From Candidatus Parcubacteria bacterium (GTDB taxonomy: Bacteria; Patescibacteriota; Minisyncoccia; Phycocordibacterales; UBA918), in the NCBI GenBank assembly GCA_046050355.1, contig JBJOPW010000001.1, forward strand, positions 1-64,000: a DNA stretch of 64,000 nt, written 5' to 3'. The position numbers and the translations under genes were made by a program. Below, one piece after another: positions 28,387-38,085 of this stretch (position 1 is its first letter; the number at the start of each line of letters is the position of its first letter). The notes under the pieces are model-generated. The model saw only the letters and a list, made by a program, of their open reading frames with translations, made no database searches and was not told the DNA's origin.

Positions 28387-29385
28387 CTACTTCAAATACC
28401 GGGCAATATTTCGTTTGTGGTCTTCGTAGGTGGTGGCGTAGTAGAAGATGCCGTCATTGCCGGTGATATAGAAATAGTAGTCGCTAGGTGTGGGGTCAAG
28501 GACTGCATCGATTGAGACAGCACCGGGGTTCCCAATTGGGGTTGGTGGGAGGCCATTGTTGAGGTACGTGTTGTACGGTGAGTCGATCTTGAGGTCGTCG
28601 GGAGTCAGTTCTTCGAGCGGTTTATCAAGGACGTATTCAATTGAAGCATCCGCCTGGAGTGGCATGCCATCACGGAGACGATTTTGGAGGATGCCGGAGA
28701 CCATGCCCATGGATTCAACGTCATTGGCTTCACGTTCGATAATGGAGGCGAGGATTATTACCTCAGCTTCAGATAGGCTGGTCGCTGCTATCGCAGCCCG
28801 TCTTGTGGTCATATACTCTTCGTATTTGTCCGTGAGCGTCTTCACGACATCTGTGGCAGTAAAGTGTGGCGGGATGAAGTACGTCTCAGGAAAAAGCCTA
28901 CCCTCATACGGAAGTGCTGCCGCAACAAAATCAGCTTCACTAATGGTCGGCAGTGCTTCGTGGACGGTTTTCGCCAGTTCGGATACCCGCTCCCCCTCAC
29001 GATGGGTGACGCGGACGAGGTTACTGGTGAAGTCGCCGGTTGCGAGTTTATCAGCTACCTGAAAGACATTGTATGGTTTATCAAATACATACTGACTAGC
29101 TTTTATATCTTGTGGTGAGTATTTTGTGAGAATAATTGTGTAGAGGAGAAATGGTGAGCGAACTACTCCATTGGTCTTCATGGTATCGACAATTTCACTG
29201 ATACTGGAACCGTCTTCAATTGTAACCGGATTACCAACGGGAAAATTGGCTGGAGGTGGCGTGAAGCGAACCAAAAAATAGATTACGCTAATAGCCAGAA
29301 GACCGAGGAGACAGAGTAAGACCATCAGATACTTGAGCGCACGCTTCGGAGTAACAACGGTAAATGGTGATGGAGTTCCTTCCAT
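28387..29385 (-). CDS. mltG: Endolytic transglycosylase MltG
   Basis: EGRLFPETY, ASIIERE, SPYNTY..GLPPTPIGNPG. Confidence 0.96.
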   Translation of the reverse strand: MEGTPSPFTVVTPKRALKYLMVLLCLLGLLAISVIYFLVRFTPPPANFPVGNPVTIEDGSSISEIVDTMKTNGVVRSPFLLYTIILTKYSPQDIKASQYVFDKPYNVFQVADKLATGDFTSNLVRVTHREGERVSELAKTVHEALPTISEADFVAAALPYEGRLFPETYFIPPHFTATDVVKTLTDKYEEYMTTRRAAIAATSLSEAEVIILASIIEREANDVESMGMVSGILQNRLRDGMPLQADASIEYVLDKPLEELTPDDLKIDSPYNTYLNNGLPPTPIGNPGAVSIDAVLDPTPSDYYFYITGNDGIFYYATTYEDHKRNIARYLK

Positions 29386-29388
29386 AGA

Positions 29389-30717
29389 TTATGATCCAAA
29401 ATCTCCAGTTGGTAGATTTGGTGGAGCTTCTTTACGAGTAGATGGAATTCGTGATAGCCCTGGTGTCATGACGGTACTGCTAGGGATATGGAAGATCGTA
29501 GCCAGCTCCTCAACCGACATAATTTGCATGGGCATGCTTGGCTGGAGACTGTCACCATGAGTGATCGCACGCTGCTTGTAGCGGTTCAACTCTTTAATTT
29601 TGAGCTTTACTTTCTTATTGCCAGACCAGTCAGAGAACCAGTTATAGTCAAAGTCTGTACGCCACGCCACGCCAATTTGGTTGCGCCCGATATAATCGTA
29701 CGCTGCAAAAGACCGAATAGTAGGGGCAATCATATTGCCATCAAAAGCACCCTTCTTGGTTGCGTAGACCCAGCGGATACCAACTTCGTATGCGTACTTA
29801 CTCTTTTGTCGTTCCATGGCTTCAACCATACTCCGCTCGCCAGGGGTAAGGCGTGGTTGGTCAGCAAATTCAGGCGTACCATGCTTGTTTTTGTCTCGAC
29901 CCATCAATTCATTAATCTTGGCTTCAATGCGCTTTTCCCACGTTCCGTGCTCATGAAAGTAGCCGGTTTTGAAATTCTTCTTGGCATGCGGAACGCAAAG
30001 AAACTGTACCCAGAGGTGCTCGTATGGCTTACACGACCCGAGATGTTCAATCATGGCAGACATTGGATCAAGCTTCTGTTCTTCTTTGGGGAGTTTGTCC
30101 ATGCCAAAATCGATATAGGTTTTGATTGGGAATTCCTCATCTCCCTTTTGCTTCATATGAAAGGCAAACAGATCATGCTGATTGATATCGGGCACGACAC
30201 AAGCAGTGTAATCAATGTCTTCTTCAATCACTTCAACGCCAGGATAGTTAGCGTACAATTGTGATTCAACTGCATTTTTAACCTTTTTGGTTGCGCAGTT
30301 TATGTAGAGGCGCACATCACCGCCAATTGAAACAATCTCAAGTGACATGACGAGGGGATGTTTCCCATCAATATACGTCTGCCAGAGGTTGTCTGGTGAC
30401 TGGACATTATGAACTTGAGCCAACACGTTTTCCATGGCTTCGGGAGACTTGAATACTTCTGCTGGCAATTTGATGCGAAGGGTCGTTCGACCTTGCTGAT
30501 GCATGAATTTGTGTTTTGCAAATTCCATCCACTTTTCGTAAAGAAGCCAAAAAAGTAAAAATGGCAACCAAACCGGCGTGAAGGCAATGATAAGCGAGAG
30601 CATTGGTTCGATATCCACGCCCATGATATTGAACGTCGTGCGCATCACGAGAATGCCGATGATAATAAGAATCGGTGCTGCCAAGAATCCAAGCATGGCT
30701 TTGAACAAATCAGACAT
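29389..30717 (-). CDS. Conserved CPR-type membrane protein (2 N-terminal TM + soluble domain)
   Basis: KSPEAME, SLEIVS, YPGVEV, PIKTY, EELATIFHIP, PPNLP. Confidence 0.75.
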   Translation of the reverse strand: MSDLFKAMLGFLAAPILIIIGILVMRTTFNIMGVDIEPMLSLIIAFTPVWLPFLLFWLLYEKWMEFAKHKFMHQQGRTTLRIKLPAEVFKSPEAMENVLAQVHNVQSPDNLWQTYIDGKHPLVMSLEIVSIGGDVRLYINCATKKVKNAVESQLYANYPGVEVIEEDIDYTACVVPDINQHDLFAFHMKQKGDEEFPIKTYIDFGMDKLPKEEQKLDPMSAMIEHLGSCKPYEHLWVQFLCVPHAKKNFKTGYFHEHGTWEKRIEAKINELMGRDKNKHGTPEFADQPRLTPGERSMVEAMERQKSKYAYEVGIRWVYATKKGAFDGNMIAPTIRSFAAYDYIGRNQIGVAWRTDFDYNWFSDWSGNKKVKLKIKELNRYKQRAITHGDSLQPSMPMQIMSVEELATIFHIPSSTVMTPGLSRIPSTRKEAPPNLPTGDFGS

Positions 30718-30737
30718 AGTTGCGTATATTGTACACT

Positions 30738-30776
30738 AAAACACGCGGTCAGGGTGGTACCCTGACCGCGTGTTTT
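30738..30776. terminator. Terminator
   Basis: AAAACACGCGGTCAGGGT..ACCCTGACCGCGTGTTTT. Confidence 0.7.
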
Positions 30777-30781
30777 GAGGA

Positions 30782-31807
30782 TTAGTCGGCCAATGAGTAC
30801 TGACCATTACTCAGCCGCTTGAAGAGATTGGTATCCTGGAGATTCACGATAATCGTGTTGTCCTTGACATAACGCTCTTTGCGAACCTTTTCGATGAGTT
30901 CTTCTCGTGAGAGTGGTCCTTCATGTTCGAGGATTTCACGAAGCACATCCTTCACTACACCAGCGGTGTAACCCCATTCCGTCAGGGCATAGAGACCGCG
31001 ACCGACGAGTACAAACCGTTCATCCTTGATAAGCTCGTTGTGAGTAGTCGCTACGTGTGCCTTGTGATCAAAGAGATCCTGGATTGCCTTTGAAACTTCT
31101 TTGAAGTGCATCGGTGAGCCGTGACGTTTGACGGCGAGGTAGGCGTAGTCACGAATGCCCTTGACGCGTACATTTGGACTGTCAGCGGGACCCCAATCAC
31201 CAAGTGGATTTTTGGCAATTTGTTTTGAGATCAAGAGCCACCGTTTCAAGGTCTCATCATCATGCTTCTCAGCAATTTCGATGAGTTCGTTGCGGAATCG
31301 ATTGAGGATTTCGCTCTCTGATACCAGGTCATCGCGATTGAGTGTGCCATGAACATTTTTGAGCGCTTTTTCGACTGCCTCAGCGATCTTCTTCTCAGTA
31401 AACCAACGGTGGTGGTAGAGCGGGTTTTCTTTGCCTTTGTAGAAGGCATCACCAACAACGAGGAGGAAGTAGAGGTGGTTGCGAGTACTTTCGTCTTTGG
31501 TCAAACTATCGAGCAGAACATTTTCAGCGACTACTCCGCCACCAAGAAGGCGGATAGCTTCTTGGAGTTCTGCGAGGAGTTCAGCATGTTCACTGTAAGC
31601 GGCAGATTTTTGAATAGTGGAAATACCATAATTCTCAATCTGGCGGACGCGCTCACGGGTGATACCGTAGGTTTGGCCGATGGCTTCGAGGGTAAAAGTC
31701 TCGTTGTCATTGCCCAGACCGTAGCGTTTTTCAAGTACATCTCGGGCCCGTTCACCAATAGCGCCAAGCAGCTTTTTGGTGACTTGTTTTGGTTTAAAGG
31801 TAATCAT
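30782..31807 (-). CDS. Sigma70 region-4-like HTH fused to winged-helix (RNAP delta/HARE-HTH-like) domains
   Basis: TLEAIGQTYGITRERVRQIE; PMHFKEV..THNELIKDERFVLVGRGLYAL. Confidence 0.8.
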   Translation of the reverse strand: MITFKPKQVTKKLLGAIGERARDVLEKRYGLGNDNETFTLEAIGQTYGITRERVRQIENYGISTIQKSAAYSEHAELLAELQEAIRLLGGGVVAENVLLDSLTKDESTRNHLYFLLVVGDAFYKGKENPLYHHRWFTEKKIAEAVEKALKNVHGTLNRDDLVSESEILNRFRNELIEIAEKHDDETLKRWLLISKQIAKNPLGDWGPADSPNVRVKGIRDYAYLAVKRHGSPMHFKEVSKAIQDLFDHKAHVATTHNELIKDERFVLVGRGLYALTEWGYTAGVVKDVLREILEHEGPLSREELIEKVRKERYVKDNTIIVNLQDTNLFKRLSNGQYSLAD

Positions 31808-31919
31808 AGTGAGTTCCGCAAATATATTGGTTTTATAATCGAATTGACCACCTCCAAGTAGTCGTTGTGCCTTGTTATAGCATGCCATTTGACAAACGTC
31901 AAACACCATCGTAAAGCCT

Positions 31920-34769
31920 CTAGACCACGATAATGTTGAGTATTTTGCCAGGGATGTAGATAACTTTGCTAATAGTTCCCCCACTCACGTACTTGCTAAT
32001 GTTGTGGTCTCCACGGGCGAGTTCTAGTGCCAGACTTTCCGCTGCGTCTTTGGAAACAGTGATGTTACCGCGGAGCTTACCATTGACTTGTACCCCAATC
32101 ACCACCTCAGTATCTTCGGCGAGACTGTCGTCCCCTACCGGATAGGTTTCCAGGTGGATACTCGTACTGTGGCCGAGTTCCTGCCAGATCTCTTCGGTGA
32201 GGTGTGGAGCAAATGGTGCCAAAAGTCGCACGAATAGTTCGTATGATTCTTTTGTTAATCCAACTTTTTCGGCGACGTTCACAAAAATCATCATGGCACT
32301 GATAGCGGTGTTAAACTTAAAATCAGCGATATCATTCCCTACTTTGATAATGGTCTTGTGTAACTGGCGGGTCACTTCAGCACTTTCCTCCCCACGTACA
32401 TGTTCTGATAGTCCGTACACCCGTTCGAGGAAGCGGCGGATACCGGCGATACCACCCATATCCCACGGATAATTGCTCCCTTCATACGGTCCCATGAAGG
32501 CAAGATACATTTTGACGGTATCTGCCCCCACCAATTTCACTTGTTCGTCGGGGTCAATCACGTTCCCTTTACTCTTACTCATCTTGTTGCCGTCAGGGCC
32601 AAGGATAAGACCGCGGTTGATACGACGGCGGTATGGCTCACTTTCGGTCACAAGCCCAAGGTCAAAGAGCGCCTTCTGCCAGAAGCGTGAATAGAGGAGG
32701 TGCATGGTGGTGTGTTCAGCCCCACCAAAGTAGATATCAATGGGCATCCAGTCTTTTTGCTTTTCAAGGCTCGCGAGAGCATTACCGTTTTGGTTGTCGA
32801 GATAGCGGAGGAAGTACCAGGAAGAGTCCACGAAGGTGTCCATGGTCTCAACTTCAGGTGTCCAGCCTTTGCCAAATATTTCTTCGGTTCGTTTTTTCAG
32901 CACCTCACTTTTCGCGAGCGGTGGCTCACCGGTTGGCGTGAAGTCGACATCCTCGGGGAGCGTCCAGGGGAGATGTTCTTCGGGAACGATATGGGCCTCG
33001 CCCTCTGGACTGTAGACAATCGGGATTGGGACACCCCAGTAGCGCTGCCGGCCGATAGACCAGTCGCGGAGACGATAGGTCGAGGTCATGCGACCACGGA
33101 CTTTTTCAACGATTTTTTCCTTGGCCTCCTCGCTGTCCATGCCGTCAAATTCAGCCGAATTACAGAGATTACCTTTGCCGGTAAACGGTATATTTGTATC
33201 AAGTTGTGCCAAGGCGTATTTTGCTTCATCAAGAGTGAGTTTTTCAAAGAGTTCTGATTTAGTTAGCCAAACTGGTTCTTGTTTTTCCATTTCTTCGACT
33301 GGAATTTCATGCTGAATGTCAGACGTAAGTTCAAGTAATACCCGTCGGCTCGTAAGCGACCGATTAACTTTTTTACCAGGATGATAAAAATGTGCCTCAG
33401 TTTCTTCTGTTAAGAAACGGACGAATTTTGTTTCGTAGCCCATTTCTTCGCGAGTCTCACGAATAGCCGCTTCTTCATAGGACTCACCGTCTTCCATTCC
33501 GCCAAAAACAAAATCAAAGTTATTGAACTCGTGACTATGCTGCACCAAATATTTGTCAGTCTTGGGATCGTAGACTATGGCCCCAACTGCGGTGCGAGGT
33601 ACAGGGTTTGGTAATGGCTCACCAAAAACCTTTCGAACTACCTGCCGTACTGGCAAACCAAATTTCTTCGCAAACTCACCATCGCGTTCATCATGGGCTG
33701 GTACGGCCATAATGGCGCCGGTACCATAGCCGCCAAGGACGTAGTCCGCGACAAAGACCGGAATCACTTCCCCACTAGCTGGATTCGTAGCTGTTACTCC
33801 TTCGAGCTTGACCCCAGTCTTTTCTTTGGTGGCATCGAGACGGTCTTGTTCATCCTTTTGCTTGGCCTTGGCTACATAGGCATCGACTTCAGCCAAGTTC
33901 GAGGTCTTGCCTCGAACTTCCTCCGTACTGAGAAGTGGGTGTTCAGGAGCGAGTACAAGATACGTGGCGCCATAGAGTGTGTCTGGACGCGTCGTAAACA
34001 CTGTCACCTCACCTAGGACATCCGATGTCCTAGGTGAGGTGTTTTCTGAGTTTGCGTGAAGGGTGAAGTTGATTTCGGCACCGCGGGAGCGGCCAATCCA
34101 CTGGCGCTGAGCTTCTTTGATATGTTCGGGCCAATCAAGAGCAGCGAGGTCGTCAGTGAGTCGGTCAGCGTACTTGGTGATTCTGAGCATCCACTGTGGC
34201 ATCTCGCGCTTCTCAATCATGTCACCCGAACGCTCACAGGTACCATCGGCGAGCACCTGTTCGTTGGCTATCACCGTATTACACCCCGGACACCAGTTCA
34301 CCACTCCTTTGCCGCGGTAGGCAATGCCGTTATTAAAAAATTGGGTGAACATCCACTGCGTCCATTTGTAGTAGCTCTCGTCCGTACTTGAGGCGGTCTT
34401 GTCCCAGGCGAACATGTTGCCCATACTGGCGAGCTGTTCACGCATGTACGCCATGTTGTCGTAGGTCCAGGTCTTAGGGTTGAGGCCGCGCTTGATAGCG
34501 GCGTTCTCAGCTGGTAGACCAAAAGCGTCAAAACCCATTGGGAAGAGTACTTGTTTGCCTTGCATACAGCAAAAGCGAGCGTAGATATCGGGTACGGCAA
34601 AGGCGTACCAGTGACCGATATGGAGGTTCCCAGACGGGTATGGCCACTCGACGAGAATGTATTCTTTGTCCTTGGCAGTGTCGCGCGCACCGACGTCGTA
34701 GAGTTTATCGGCTTGCCACTGGTGTTGCCACTTTTTTTCGATGACACCACTATCAAATTTTTTGTGCAT
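31920..34769 (-). CDS. leuS: Leucine--tRNA ligase with an inserted NUDIX domain
   Basis: HIGH, KMSKS, FTTRPDT editing motif; internal GGMEDGESYEEAAIRETREEMG. Confidence 0.97.
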   Translation of the reverse strand: MHKKFDSGVIEKKWQHQWQADKLYDVGARDTAKDKEYILVEWPYPSGNLHIGHWYAFAVPDIYARFCCMQGKQVLFPMGFDAFGLPAENAAIKRGLNPKTWTYDNMAYMREQLASMGNMFAWDKTASSTDESYYKWTQWMFTQFFNNGIAYRGKGVVNWCPGCNTVIANEQVLADGTCERSGDMIEKREMPQWMLRITKYADRLTDDLAALDWPEHIKEAQRQWIGRSRGAEINFTLHANSENTSPRTSDVLGEVTVFTTRPDTLYGATYLVLAPEHPLLSTEEVRGKTSNLAEVDAYVAKAKQKDEQDRLDATKEKTGVKLEGVTATNPASGEVIPVFVADYVLGGYGTGAIMAVPAHDERDGEFAKKFGLPVRQVVRKVFGEPLPNPVPRTAVGAIVYDPKTDKYLVQHSHEFNNFDFVFGGMEDGESYEEAAIRETREEMGYETKFVRFLTEETEAHFYHPGKKVNRSLTSRRVLLELTSDIQHEIPVEEMEKQEPVWLTKSELFEKLTLDEAKYALAQLDTNIPFTGKGNLCNSAEFDGMDSEEAKEKIVEKVRGRMTSTYRLRDWSIGRQRYWGVPIPIVYSPEGEAHIVPEEHLPWTLPEDVDFTPTGEPPLAKSEVLKKRTEEIFGKGWTPEVETMDTFVDSSWYFLRYLDNQNGNALASLEKQKDWMPIDIYFGGAEHTTMHLLYSRFWQKALFDLGLVTESEPYRRRINRGLILGPDGNKMSKSKGNVIDPDEQVKLVGADTVKMYLAFMGPYEGSNYPWDMGGIAGIRRFLERVYGLSEHVRGEESAEVTRQLHKTIIKVGNDIADFKFNTAISAMMIFVNVAEKVGLTKESYELFVRLLAPFAPHLTEEIWQELGHSTSIHLETYPVGDDSLAEDTEVVIGVQVNGKLRGNITVSKDAAESLALELARGDHNISKYVSGGTISKVIYIPGKILNIIVV
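33895..33919. repeat. REP-like hairpin in frame within leuS
   Basis: AAGTTCGAGG-TCTTG-CCTCGAACTT, encoding EVRGKTSNL. Confidence 0.7.
34005..34041. repeat. REP-like palindrome in frame within leuS
   Basis: CACCTCACCTAGGACATC-C-GATGTCCTAGGTGAGGTG, encoding TSPRTSDVLGEV. Confidence 0.8.
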
Positions 34770-34888
34770 AGAATACTTCCCAAATTACGATTAACGTATT
34801 TGTTAGTATGCCATGAATTACGGAAATGTAAAAAAGCAAGGCTGGCGCCTAAGCGCCAGCCTCGATCGTTAGGGTGTCAGTCAAACAC

Positions 34889-35044
34889 CTACCGCTTTTC
34901 ACCAATAGGCGTCCCGACGAGACCGATCGCACAAATCAGCTGCACAAACAACAGGACGACACTGCCGGTACCGCAGTAGGATATCCCTGTATAAAGCCAG
35001 AATCCGCCTACCGGCAAGAAATGGCAAGTGATACATTTTCTCAT
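34889..35044 (-). CDS. Putative 51-aa hydrophobic microprotein (not in ORF track)
   Basis: MRKCITCHFLPVGGFWLYTGISYCGTGSVVLLFVQLICAIGLVGTPIGEKR; followed by a terminator hairpin at about 34830-34864. Confidence 0.4.
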   Translation of the reverse strand: MRKCITCHFLPVGGFWLYTGISYCGTGSVVLLFVQLICAIGLVGTPIGEKR

Positions 35045-35102
35045 AGCATTACCCCACTCATTTACCTACTACTAGCAATGATATATGAAGTATCAAATTT
35101 GT

Positions 35103-35480
35103 CTATTCTGCGGTATGGACGAGCAATCTAATTTGTTTTATAAGGTCATCGAGACTGTGGTGGGCTTTGATGAAGTAATCAAGCGGCTTTGCTTCGTGCG
35201 CTAGACCGATGTTTTTTACATCGTCCATGGCGGTGAGAATAACTACCTTGGCATGTTGCCCCCATACATCTTCTCGTAGTCGACGGAACATCTCCTGGCC
35301 ATCCATGATTGGCATCATCAGATCAAGCAAAATGAGATCAGGGTGCAGTTGTAGGGCCAGCTCAAGACCAACTTGGCCATTTTCAGCCCCGCTCACTTTG
35401 TACCCTTCTTCATGGAGGGCTTCCATCATTGCCTCGCGAAGGTCAATTTCATCTTCGACGATGAGAATATGCTTTTCCAT
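35103..35480 (-). CDS. Stand-alone response regulator receiver (CheY-like)
   Basis: ILIVEDE, DLILLDLMMPIMDG, ILTA, YFIK. Confidence 0.92.
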   Translation of the reverse strand: MEKHILIVEDEIDLREAMMEALHEEGYKVSGAENGQVGLELALQLHPDLILLDLMMPIMDGQEMFRRLREDVWGQHAKVVILTAMDDVKNIGLAHEAKPLDYFIKAHHSLDDLIKQIRLLVHTAE

Positions 35481-35543
35481 GTCCACGATTGTACCATACA
35501 CACCTATAGCCTGTCTCGAGTCACATTGGTATGATGGTGCTAT

Positions 35544-36812
35544 ATGCAAATCAAGGTCGGCTTTAGCACTTGGCGAGCCGTTCGAATGTTCCTCATAGTA
35601 GTAGCTTTGACGATTGTCTTTGGGGGGATTTATTTTGTCGTGTCTCTCCTCCTTCCATCATTAGTGGTACCGACAATTCTCATAAGCTTTGTTTTGTTGC
35701 TTGCCTTTGGCGTAGTGACCGTCGGTTCTCCTGATGATGCATTGAAAGCCTGGCACGAGGAACAACTGTTATCGACACGTGAATTGTACGCTACCTTGTA
35801 TACCCAAAGTCCAGTACCCTATCTCACCCTTGATACTCTCGGCAAAATCACTACCTGTAATCAGGCGGCGGCTCGTCTCTTAGGACGTTCCATGGAGGAG
35901 TTGGTGGGAACTACTATTCATGATCGTTTTACCCACGAAGACGAGGTACATCTCTCGGTGATTTTGGGCAAATTTGTGGCCGGTTCGCCGATTGTTGATA
36001 GTGAACTACAACTTAAGACCTATACCGAAGAATTACGGTGGGTTTCTTTGTACTTCTTTGTTAATGCTACTTTTGAGCAACGCCTCATTTCACTCATTGA
36101 TGTCACTCAACATAAGATTGTTGACAAAGCTAAAAGTGAGTTCGTAGCGCTGGCGACCCACCAGCTCCGCACTCCTGTTGCGGCCATTCGTTGGAATGTA
36201 GAACTATTGGAGCGCTCTATGCGCGCGACCGCCAGTGAAAAACAAGCAACCTATCTCATGAAAGTTGGCCGAAATGTTACCCGTATGCTTGCACTTATCA
36301 ATGACTTTTTGAGTGTTTCCAAACTTGAAACTGGTACTTTTGCGACGTCACCTGAGCCAATTGAGCTTTCGACGTACCTCCCAACTATTGTGGAGGAATT
36401 TGAAGGGCAAATCAAAGAAAAACAAATACAGCTCACGACCGAATACAACCCTGCACCCTTCACCTATACCGCTGATAGCCGCTTGTTCCATATCATTACG
36501 AGTAATCTCCTCTCAAACGCGGTGAAATATGTGCGACCAAATGACAAAATCTCATTTGGCTACGTGGTCACTGGTAATGAGTTAGTGTTCACTGTCGCAG
36601 ACAGTGGGATTGGTATCCCCGCCGAGCAGCTCCCGCGGCTCTTTAGCAAGTTCTTCCGTGCCTCTAACGCCATGCAGCACCGTGCCGAAGGCACCGGCCT
36701 TGGTCTCTATATTGTGAAGGAATCAGCCGTCCAGCTTGGCGGCACGGTCGAAGTGCAGTCAGTTGAGAATCAGGGTACAACGTTTACCGTGCGGTTGCCA
36801 ATAGCGCAATAG
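35544..36812 (+). CDS. PAS-domain sensor histidine kinase
   Basis: 2 TM, CNQAAARLLG (PAS), ATHQLRTP, NAVKY, DSGIG, GTGLGL. Confidence 0.93.
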   Translation: MQIKVGFSTWRAVRMFLIVVALTIVFGGIYFVVSLLLPSLVVPTILISFVLLLAFGVVTVGSPDDALKAWHEEQLLSTRELYATLYTQSPVPYLTLDTLGKITTCNQAAARLLGRSMEELVGTTIHDRFTHEDEVHLSVILGKFVAGSPIVDSELQLKTYTEELRWVSLYFFVNATFEQRLISLIDVTQHKIVDKAKSEFVALATHQLRTPVAAIRWNVELLERSMRATASEKQATYLMKVGRNVTRMLALINDFLSVSKLETGTFATSPEPIELSTYLPTIVEEFEGQIKEKQIQLTTEYNPAPFTYTADSRLFHIITSNLLSNAVKYVRPNDKISFGYVVTGNELVFTVADSGIGIPAEQLPRLFSKFFRASNAMQHRAEGTGLGLYIVKESAVQLGGTVEVQSVENQGTTFTVRLPIAQ

Positions 36813-36853
36813 ACAAAGGCCGGTCCTTCGTTTGACGAAGGACCGGCCTTTGT
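36813..36853. repeat. REPIN-like doublet, family 2, copy 1
   Basis: ACAAAGG-CCGGT-CCTTCGT ttg + exact inverse. Confidence 0.85.
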
Positions 36854-36874
36854 TCGACTATTGCTTTTGGTGTA

Positions 36875-37777
36875 TTAACTTTTGGTCACACGATCAAAAC
36901 AATATCGTCCTGCTTTGTAGTTCCAACTATCTGGGTTTTTGATACGGGCCGCTGGGTCGGTGAAGCTGGGTGAAGCAAAGTCGCTTGGTACACTATCACG
37001 AGAGAACGTAGCACAAAGCTTGAAGCCTTTGTCTGTTCGTTCGTAACTGTAGGCTTCGCGGCTTTCTGGCGCCGAAGGGGATATACTTCCATTATAAGCA
37101 AATGCTTGTTCGATACTCTCAGGTAAGGTTGAGCTACTCATGGTCATGTAGGCGTCTATCTGCCACTGGATGTTCTGGAGGTCACTTACTTGTTTCTCAT
37201 CAAGTTTCATTTCTCGCACAACACTTGGTGTCTCGATGTTGGCGAGTCCATACGCAACCGCAAGGAAGACCATGAGGGCTGCGCCCACACCAAACATAAT
37301 CGACTTACCTTCCTCTTTAATCCAAACGCCACGCGCATCAAGAAGGTAGTAATGGAAGGCTGCCCCCACTACTCCAACAACCGCGGCGGCCTTGAGGAGG
37401 AAACGGGTAGTCATTTCACCATTAAGAAATGTATAGATGGTGGTCACGAGGGTGCCCAGGAGTACAAGTCCGCCGATCAAGAGTGAGAGGTAAATAAGCC
37501 ACTTAGTGATAGTTTGATAGAGCGCTCCCTGCTCGGCGCGGCGAAAGCGGTTCATGTAGCGTGTAAGCACAATATAGGTCGGGAAAAAGACAATGAGCAT
37601 CGCCACCCCAAGACGAATGTTATCGGTTGCACTTTCAATTTGCCAGTATGATTCGCTTGGATCGGGATAATTGATATTAATCAAACCAAAAATAAGCGTC
37701 AGGAAAAATGAAGCTGATACATAAAGCGCTATTAATGACCCAACTTGCAAAACAATGTTGCGTGGTGTGTTTTCCAT
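36875..37777 (-). CDS. DUF5671-like membrane protein
   Basis: LIVFFP, KWLIYLSL, FLNGEMTTRFLLK, DEKQVSDLQNIQ, FKLCATF. Confidence 0.75.
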   Translation of the reverse strand: MENTPRNIVLQVGSLIALYVSASFFLTLIFGLININYPDPSESYWQIESATDNIRLGVAMLIVFFPTYIVLTRYMNRFRRAEQGALYQTITKWLIYLSLLIGGLVLLGTLVTTIYTFLNGEMTTRFLLKAAAVVGVVGAAFHYYLLDARGVWIKEEGKSIMFGVGAALMVFLAVAYGLANIETPSVVREMKLDEKQVSDLQNIQWQIDAYMTMSSSTLPESIEQAFAYNGSISPSAPESREAYSYERTDKGFKLCATFSRDSVPSDFASPSFTDPAARIKNPDSWNYKAGRYCFDRVTKS

Positions 37778-37816
37778 ATATATTTAGTATACTCCTAATA
37801 TTGTAGAAAAGTAGGT

Positions 37817-38062
37817 CTAGTGTAAACTCTCGCCGTTTAAAAGGCGGCTGATCTCTGCTTCTATACGTTTGCGATTTTTGGAGTTGGTGTTGAAGGAATA
37901 TGAAGTCGTTCTACCAGAAACAGTACATAACTGTACAGTAAATGTATCTGCCTTGTAGTCTTCTGTTACAACATACTTACAGAGGAGGCGATTATTTTCA
38001 TCCCGACATGACAATACAGCATCCAAAATCACTTCAGCACTATCGGGTTTCTCAAAATTCAT
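37817..38062 (-). CDS. Small hypothetical protein
   Basis: About 81-aa ORF filling the intergenic gap. Confidence 0.5.
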   Translation of the reverse strand: MNFEKPDSAEVILDAVLSCRDENNRLLCKYVVTEDYKADTFTVQLCTVSGRTTSYSFNTNSKNRKRIEAEISRLLNGESLH

Positions 38063-38085
38063 AATGACAGAACTACCCAAACAAA

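Noticed and set aside
31808-31984. Overlap of the sigma-like ORF with leuS
   Set aside because: Over-extended start; ATG 31807 removes the overlap
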